Shown here: positions 35,140-41,154 of the stretch, one piece after another
Layout: each line of letters begins with the position of its first letter
Position numbering within the stretch: position 1 is the stretch's first letter
NCBI GenBank assembly: GCA_026991575.1
Contig: JALXBF010000156.1
Span: forward strand, 1 to 41,154
Length of the DNA stretch: 41,154 nucleotides
DNA from: Planctomycetota bacterium
GTDB lineage: Bacteria > Planctomycetota > Planctomycetia > JALXBF01
Direction: 5' to 3'
Notes under the pieces: generated by a model
Told to the model about the DNA's origin: nothing
The model's input: the letters and a program-made list of their open reading frames with translations, nothing else
Databases searched by the model: none
Made by a program: the position numbers and the translations under genes

Positions 35140-36387
35140 TCAGCGGCGGCCGATGCACCAGAGCTGCTTATACGTGCGAAGGAACAATCGCCCGTCGGAG
35201 ACGGCGATGGAGGCTCGGGTGATTTCGCCGAGCGGGTTGCGGGCGACGATGTCTAGCTTCTCCGGATCGGCCCGGAAGACAAACGTTTCCCCGGCCTGAT
35301 CGACCGAGTAGATCAGGCCGTCGGCGGTCAGCACGCACGAGCTCCAGCAGCGCGCGCCAAGCCGGCCGCGCCAGCGCGTCTTGCCTGTACGCAGCTCGAT
35401 GCACTGCGCCACCCCCGGTTCGTTCACCAGGTACACGTAGCCGTCTTTGATCACGCCGGAACCGATTCGCTGGGGGTTCCGCGACACGCGCCAGAGCTGA
35501 CTCGCCGCAAGCCGAGTGCCGTCGCGGCTCAGCTCAACGGCGGCAGCGGGTCCCATGTAGCCGTACATGCCCACGACCACGTCCTCTGCTGCCAGTGGGC
35601 TGGTGTAGCAGAGTCGTCCCAGGCCGTCGTGCCGCCAGAGTTCCTTGCCCGTGGCAATATCAAAGCCCTGGATGCGAAGCGGGAAGGTCATTACGATCTG
35701 GCGCACACCACCCAACCTAGCAATCAGCGGCGTGCTCCAGGAGCCGATCCAGGTTCGCGAATTGCCCCCCTCCAGACCGCCAGGAATATCCACTCGCCAC
35801 ACCGTCTCACCCGTGTGCTTGTTCAGTGCGATGAGAAATGTCCTCGGCCCCGGACCGCAGTTCAGGATCACCAGTTCGTCCACGATGACCGGTGAGGAGG
35901 CATTGCCCCAGATGTGGCGAAACGGCCCCAGGTCCCGTCGCCACAGCTCGTTCCCAGCCATGTCGTAGCATACAACGCCCGCGGATCCGTGCCAGGCCAC
36001 CACCCGCTCACCATCGGTTACCGGCGATTGCGAGCAGTAGGGGTTGTCGCGGTGCGTCGGCTCGTCGCCAGTGAAGAGCACGTAGCGTTCCCAGAGCAGC
36101 TTGCCTGTGTCGCGGTCAAAGCAGAGCACCCCGCGCTTCTGACCATCTTCGATCGCTTGGGTGATAAACAGCTTCTTCCCCCAGACGATCGGGGTTGAGT
36201 TCCCCGGGCCGGGAAGTGGCACGTGCCAGAGCACGTTCTTGCTTGTCGACCACTCGACCGGTAGGTTCGCTTCGTACGTAATCCCCTGCCCCGTGGGGCC
36301 ACGCCACGCGGGCCAGTTATCGGCCGGCGCGTCGACCGGTGGCAAACACGCAATGATGACGGCTGCAAGCAGTGCAATCCGGCGCAT
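35140..36387 (-). CDS. PQQ-binding-like beta-propeller protein (BamB-like)
   Basis: Signal peptide; NWPAWRGPTGQG; GNSTPIV; repeated 'D..TG...W' tryptophan-docking motifs; SWSTP; LFLRT...LWCI. Confidence 0.92.
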   Translation of the reverse strand: MRRIALLAAVIIACLPPVDAPADNWPAWRGPTGQGITYEANLPVEWSTSKNVLWHVPLPGPGNSTPIVWGKKLFITQAIEDGQKRGVLCFDRDTGKLLWERYVLFTGDEPTHRDNPYCSQSPVTDGERVVAWHGSAGVVCYDMAGNELWRRDLGPFRHIWGNASSPVIVDELVILNCGPGPRTFLIALNKHTGETVWRVDIPGGLEGGNSRTWIGSWSTPLIARLGGVRQIVMTFPLRIQGFDIATGKELWRHDGLGRLCYTSPLAAEDVVVGMYGYMGPAAAVELSRDGTRLAASQLWRVSRNPQRIGSGVIKDGYVYLVNEPGVAQCIELRTGKTRWRGRLGARCWSSCVLTADGLIYSVDQAGETFVFRADPEKLDIVARNPLGEITRASIAVSDGRLFLRTYKQLWCIGRR

Positions 36388-36389
36388 GA

Positions 36390-39215
36390 CTACTCATCCT
36401 CCTGCCGTGGCACGATCCAGATCGGGCTGGCCCAGGCAAGCTGACCATCTCGTTGCTCGACACGCACGTAGTAGTACGACCGGCCGTCTGGGGGAGCCAT
36501 GTCCTCGTACGTGAACTCGGCCGTCGGACCGCTGCCTTTCCAGGCATAGACCACTTCACCGTTACGAACCACGACGATCCGAGCAATCGGAGCCGTGCCG
36601 ACGACACGGACGCCTAGCCGCACCGGGCCGTCGTGGCGAAGTTCGGAGCCAAGCGGCAGAATGCGGTCGCCGTCGAACGTGTAGAACTGGACCAGGATAT
36701 TGTCCGTGGCACCGTAAGCAAGGCGCCGGCGCATGGCATTCATCAGTCCTTCGCGCGAAAAGTCCGCAGCGTACAGGCACGAGTAGGACATATGCGTGCT
36801 GCGGTGGTCCGAAGAAGACTGAAACCCGAGGCGATATCCCTTGGCCAGCGCACGAACGACGAAGCCCGGCGCAAACTGGCCTGGCTGCCTCGCCGCTCGC
36901 GGCGCGCCCACCATTTCGTACGAAAGGCGGCAGCCCTGATAGATCTCCACGAGGGGCTCGACGTCCGGGTCGTAGAACGACCAGTCTGTGCCCATACCGG
37001 TGGCCGTCGTATGGGCCATGGCCAGCGATCCGGTCTTCTTCAGCGCCTGGTACAGCCGTTTTGTGTCGTCCGGCAGGATCCTCCCCAGCGGGTCCAGGAA
37101 GGCCATCACCGGAGGAATGCCGCGGCGCGGTTGAATGATGTTGCGGTGGCCGAACGGGTAATGCATCGACCGTTCGTAGGCGTAGAGGGGCAGGAAGTAG
37201 CCCGGCCGGTAGAAGACATCGCAGAACTGCTCGTTTCGCCACCAGGCGTAACGCTGGTTGCCCCGCTCAGCGCTGCCCCAGCCCACGTGCTCCGTGCTGG
37301 CAATGAAGTCGAGGTCGGCAGCATCCAGCGCGTAGCGGTACATGTCCATCAACGATCCGTCGCCGGCCCCATCCCAGGACCAGTCCGTGTGCCGATGGAG
37401 GTCACCGCGGTACAGCGCCAGCGTCTCGTTGCCCAGCCGCCAGCGTGCCTGCCGCATGCGGGCCACGTCGGCCTTCTCGGTTGGGTGGATCACCACCGGC
37501 GTCGGAATCTGACGCGGCTTGCGCGGCTGCCAGCGAGCTGCCCCGCCGCCGGCAAGTTGCCAGTCGATGCGTGCCGTCCGGATGCGCCGCTGCATGATCA
37601 CCGGCCGCCGCCACGGCCGTCCGTCCGTGCACCATGCCAGCCACAGGCCGGTACCGTCCAGGCTGACGGCCGGCCGAACGCCTGGACCAGCCGCGCTGGC
37701 CGGCAGCAACGACGCCGAACGCCAGCCATCGTCGGTCAGCACCGTGAAGTACAGCTCCCAGATGCCACGTTGCCAGGGGTAATGGTACTTGAGGTGACGC
37801 TTCTGGAACACGAGCCACAGTCGTCCTCGGTGATCGAACACGATATGCGGCTGTCCGAGAAACTGCCGCCACTTTTCCGGCAGCGCCGTTGAGGGCGGCT
37901 CGGGCGGCTCATACCAGTTCCCACCCTGCAAGATCGCCACACGAAGGTCACGAGACGGATAAAGTCCGGTCGTGCCCCGCTTCGGGCCAAGCTGGCCGAA
38001 GTCCTTGCCCCAGTTCGGTCCCGACTCCTCCCACGCCACCGCCACGGCACCATTCGGTCCGAGCGCGACGGTAGCGTTTGCCTCAAACAGAGGCGTCGCT
38101 GCCACATCGTGACGAGTCAAACTACCGTCGCTCTTCCAGTGAGCAAGGCGCACGTCATACGAACCGGTGGCGTAGAGGTCATACGCAATCCACGCTCCCC
38201 CGGAGCCGTCCGGACAGACTGACGGGAACCACTGATTCACCGGCGTGTCGTCCACTTCAATCGGATCAGACGCCGACCCGTTCGCCAACAGCCGCGCCGC
38301 CATGATGCGGCTCTTGCCCCCCACGGTTCCCATCCAAACCACAACTGCCGCATCATCGCTGACTCGGGCCGCACGCGGGAACACGTCCTGCCCGTCGGAG
38401 CGACTGATGCGTACGGGAGCAGACCAGCTGCTACCGTCGTAAAAGCTACCATACAAGTCGAAATTCCCTTCCCGCTGCTCGCTCCATACACACCACAGCC
38501 TCTCACCGACTGCCACCAGCGCCGTGCCGACGATGTCCCCCGGCTTGCTGATCGCGACCGGCGCGGACCAGCCCTTACCGTCGAAGTGGCTGACCCGCAC
38601 CTCGACCCGGCCGTCGAAGTAACTATTCCAGGCCACCCACGGAGTGCCGTCACCGGCTAGAGCTATCGAGGGGTAATCTTCCTGGGAGTTGCCATCATGC
38701 CGTTGATCCATGACCGGTGGCACGACGTGTAATCCCGGCAGCAGAGGCGGATCCTCGGGCTCCGGTGCGACGCTTCGGGCTGGCAGCTGCCAGGTCAGTG
38801 GCACCCGACTCAAGGAGACATTACCGTCGGCCGCGGTACGAGCTTCCGCGTACCCCAGCTCACGCAAGGATGCCGTCACGCTGCCGCGGTTCGTCCTCAC
38901 GGTCACCACGGTCGTCGGCGTCCCGTCGACCACGATGAACAAGCCGTTGGCCAGCACGGGTCCGCGCGCACCGGGACCGCGGCGGCGCGTGCGGCAAACG
39001 AACCGGCTGCCATTGGCCTGGTCCCCGTGTTCGAACCTCCAGCCGTGCATGGCAACCAGTCGGCCGTTTTCAACGGTGACCTGACCCTGCCACAGCCTAG
39101 GGGTTCGATCGCGCAGGCCAACACGTAGCCAAAGCGCGACCGGCTCTGCTGCTGCCCCTGCGCCGCAGAACATGCCTACGAGAAAGGCAGCAAGCTGCAG
39201 TCGCAGTCGACTCAT
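36390..39215 (-). CDS. Large secreted protein: beta-propeller repeats plus a PHP-like (CehA/McbA/DUF3604-like) metallohydrolase domain
   Basis: Signal peptide; repeats of the type P.IA....G..WVAW...GW; PHP-type ligands GDLHRHT, STEH, GHRN, AHT and SSSDH; C-terminal SYYYVRVEQ.DG..AWASPIW. Confidence 0.8.
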   Translation of the reverse strand: MSRLRLQLAAFLVGMFCGAGAAAEPVALWLRVGLRDRTPRLWQGQVTVENGRLVAMHGWRFEHGDQANGSRFVCRTRRRGPGARGPVLANGLFIVVDGTPTTVVTVRTNRGSVTASLRELGYAEARTAADGNVSLSRVPLTWQLPARSVAPEPEDPPLLPGLHVVPPVMDQRHDGNSQEDYPSIALAGDGTPWVAWNSYFDGRVEVRVSHFDGKGWSAPVAISKPGDIVGTALVAVGERLWCVWSEQREGNFDLYGSFYDGSSWSAPVRISRSDGQDVFPRAARVSDDAAVVVWMGTVGGKSRIMAARLLANGSASDPIEVDDTPVNQWFPSVCPDGSGGAWIAYDLYATGSYDVRLAHWKSDGSLTRHDVAATPLFEANATVALGPNGAVAVAWEESGPNWGKDFGQLGPKRGTTGLYPSRDLRVAILQGGNWYEPPEPPSTALPEKWRQFLGQPHIVFDHRGRLWLVFQKRHLKYHYPWQRGIWELYFTVLTDDGWRSASLLPASAAGPGVRPAVSLDGTGLWLAWCTDGRPWRRPVIMQRRIRTARIDWQLAGGGAARWQPRKPRQIPTPVVIHPTEKADVARMRQARWRLGNETLALYRGDLHRHTDWSWDGAGDGSLMDMYRYALDAADLDFIASTEHVGWGSAERGNQRYAWWRNEQFCDVFYRPGYFLPLYAYERSMHYPFGHRNIIQPRRGIPPVMAFLDPLGRILPDDTKRLYQALKKTGSLAMAHTTATGMGTDWSFYDPDVEPLVEIYQGCRLSYEMVGAPRAARQPGQFAPGFVVRALAKGYRLGFQSSSDHRSTHMSYSCLYAADFSREGLMNAMRRRLAYGATDNILVQFYTFDGDRILPLGSELRHDGPVRLGVRVVGTAPIARIVVVRNGEVVYAWKGSGPTAEFTYEDMAPPDGRSYYYVRVEQRDGQLAWASPIWIVPRQEDE

Positions 39216-39439
39216 AGGCTGACTCCCGATAAGCGTGGCATCGGAGACAGGCAGGCGAGCCTACATTGTCGGAGATTCCCAGATGCAGGACAACCGTCAG
39301 TCCGATGCCAGCATGGCCACACGATAGGCGTGTGCGTCACCGCCGCGCCGCTCTGCGTAGCTTCGCCATCTTGCCGGCCAAAGGCAACCTGTGTTCAGTC
39401 CCGAATAATCGAAAGAGGAGCCATGTACCTGAGCACTCG

Positions 39440-40759
39440 ATGACAGGTTCCCAAAAGCTGCGGTCAATACGCTTGCCGGTCGCCCAGTCCTGGTCCTGCC
39501 ACCGGTCCGGCGGATGCTGTCGCGAACACCGGATCGTCATTACCCGGGCAGAGGCCTCTCAGATCGAAGCACAGGGCTGGGAGCAGACGCCTGAGTTGGC
39601 CGGGCAGCGGCTGCTAGTCCCCGCGGACCGTTCGGGTCAGAGTTACGTGCTGGCACAACGTAACGACGGCAGCTGCGTGTTCCTGGACGAGCGCGGGTTG
39701 TGTCGGATTCACGCCCGCTATGGCGAGGCGGCCAAGCCGCTGGCCTGTCGGCTGTTCCCATATGTTTTCGTTCCACTTGGCAACCAGACCCGGCTGTCGC
39801 TTCGCTTCAGCTGCCCGTCCGTGGTACGCAACCGGGGCGAGGGGCTCGAAACGCAGGCGCGGACATTGGCAAAGCTGTGGCGGGAACTCGCTCCGAGCGC
39901 GCCGACGCCCACTCAGGCCTCTGGTCCACCCTGCGCAACCCCCGGCGTCGCAGCGGCATCCTGGGAAACGCTGGTCATTTACCTGGACACGGCCGCGCGG
40001 CTGTTCGCCGAACCACGCGGCGACTTCCGACTCCAGGCACTTCGGCTGGCTGCCTGGCATGCCCGTGCCCTGCCGGCGCTGCTGCTGCCGGCCCGTGAGG
40101 CAGCGGAAGCATGTGACCGCGCGGCGATCGAGGTGGTAACGGGCGTCAGCCACGAGGCACTCGTGCAGCCGGCACCGGGAAGGCTGGGGCGTGTCATCCT
40201 GCGTGTGACCGCTGCGCGCGTGGCCCGCCGAGACCGGCTGGCCGACCGTGGCCCGGTGCGTGCCGTCCGTCGGGCGGCGAAGGTGGTTCGCCTAGCAGTG
40301 TGGCCGCGAAAGCTACCGGCACTGGGAGAGTTTCCATCCGCGCAGCTTGCCGACATCCGTAGCGTCCATGCGTCCATCACGGACCACGCAGCCGAGCCGT
40401 TGTTCCGCTATGCCCGCATCAAGCTGTGGTCCGGCCAGTTCTGCGGCGCGGCGTTCTTCGGACTAAGTGTCCATGAGGGGCTGGTGAACCTGCTTTTTCT
40501 GCTCGCCTTGGCTATCTGGTTGGCACGCTGGCACGCTGCGGGCCGTAGCCTCACGGCCATCGACGAGGCAGCCGTCGAAGCGGCCTTGCGGCACGTTGAT
40601 CATCACTTCGGGTTCGATCCTTTTCTTGCGTCGAGCGGGCACCGGATGCGGTTGCGGTACTTGTGGACCAGTGGCGAGCTGCTCCGTTTAATTGCGCACG
40701 GTGGCGATATGGCCCCCCTCACCGAAACGCCGCCGAACCAGGCGGCGTCCGAACGATGA
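39440..40759 (+). CDS. YkgJ-family cysteine-cluster protein (FliB/lysine-N-methylase-like)
   Basis: C..SGGCC, DGSCVFL, LCRIH, KPLACRLFP and FSCP. Start ATG 39440 chosen; the ORF is open from 39266. Confidence 0.82.
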   Translation: MTGSQKLRSIRLPVAQSWSCHRSGGCCREHRIVITRAEASQIEAQGWEQTPELAGQRLLVPADRSGQSYVLAQRNDGSCVFLDERGLCRIHARYGEAAKPLACRLFPYVFVPLGNQTRLSLRFSCPSVVRNRGEGLETQARTLAKLWRELAPSAPTPTQASGPPCATPGVAAASWETLVIYLDTAARLFAEPRGDFRLQALRLAAWHARALPALLLPAREAAEACDRAAIEVVTGVSHEALVQPAPGRLGRVILRVTAARVARRDRLADRGPVRAVRRAAKVVRLAVWPRKLPALGEFPSAQLADIRSVHASITDHAAEPLFRYARIKLWSGQFCGAAFFGLSVHEGLVNLLFLLALAIWLARWHAAGRSLTAIDEAAVEAALRHVDHHFGFDPFLASSGHRMRLRYLWTSGELLRLIAHGGDMAPLTETPPNQAASER

Positions 40760-40790
40760 GACGAACAGCAGCCTAGTCGGAGGCAGTAGC

Positions 40791-41154
40791 GTGCGGATCA
40801 CGGTCGTGGGCGGAGGCGTCAGCGGCCTCGCTTACGCCTACTACGTTCACCGGGCAGCCCGCGAGCGGAAGCTTCCGGTACAGCTCACAGTGCTCGAGGA
40901 AGCAGCCCAGGTCGGCGGCCGCGTGCGCACGGCGCGCGAGGGGGGCTACTTGGTTGAATATGGTGCCAACGGAGTGCTGGGCAGCAAACCTGCGGCGATT
41001 GCGCTGGCATGCGAACTCGGGCTAGCGGATCAGCTTGTCCGAGCTGCTCCGGAGGCTCGATGGCGGTACATCTATCGCGATGGCGTGCTGAAACCCTTGC
41101 CGTTGGGGCTCATCCAGTTCGCGCGCAGCTCGCTGCTAAGTTGGTCTGCGAAAG
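40791..41154 (+). CDS. hemY: Protoporphyrinogen/coproporphyrinogen oxidase (HemY type), 5' part, runs off the window
   Basis: My translation from GTG 40791 (GGAGG SD) reads MRITVVGGGVSGLAYAY...VLEEAAQVGGRVRT...GYLVEYGANG...ELGLADQL...RYIYRDGVLKPLP: a Rossmann GxGxxG plus a HemY-like N-terminus. Confidence 0.85.
   Translation, partial: MRITVVGGGVSGLAYAYYVHRAARERKLPVQLTVLEEAAQVGGRVRTAREGGYLVEYGANGVLGSKPAAIALACELGLADQLVRAAPEARWRYIYRDGVLKPLPLGLIQFARSSLLSWSAK

Noticed and set aside
1..41154. CRISPR arrays, tRNA/rRNA genes, IS elements, prophage or defence genes
   Set aside because: I recognised no regularly spaced repeats, cloverleaf or T-loop signatures, or transposase, integrase or phage proteins. 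This was visual inspection only.

Overview
This is a GC-rich (by eye roughly two-thirds G+C), gene-dense chromosomal segment, almost certainly from a Planctomycetota bacterium. The assignment rests on two DUF1549/DUF1553 proteins, DUF1501, DUF1570, DUF2617, a PQQ-like propeller, a Tat-exported Gfo/Idh/MocA and an excisionase-HTH/receiver regulator. It carries about 33 CDS. Housekeeping genes (holA, eda, trpF, radC, uvrC, moaC, nrdR, pncA, argH, carB, hemY/hemG) are interspersed with envelope-glycosylation genes and planctomycete secreted proteins. I saw no tRNA, rRNA, CRISPR array, integrase or transposase. The most striking element is an apparent pncA-nrdR-'pseudo-NrdD' operon. Its third gene keeps two ATP-cones and the recognisable scaffold of a class III ribonucleotide reductase but lacks the zinc ribbon and the glycyl-radical loop, which suggests a non-catalytic nucleotide-sensing partner of NrdR. 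Other leads are a minimal UvrC without the HhH domain, a carB-nitrilase pairing with no carA, a GluRS/GluQ-like HIGH-motif remnant in an intergenic region, several structured intergenic stretches and a small orphan protein with a near-consensus sigma70 promoter. All family assignments come from motif recognition by eye; no database searches were run.
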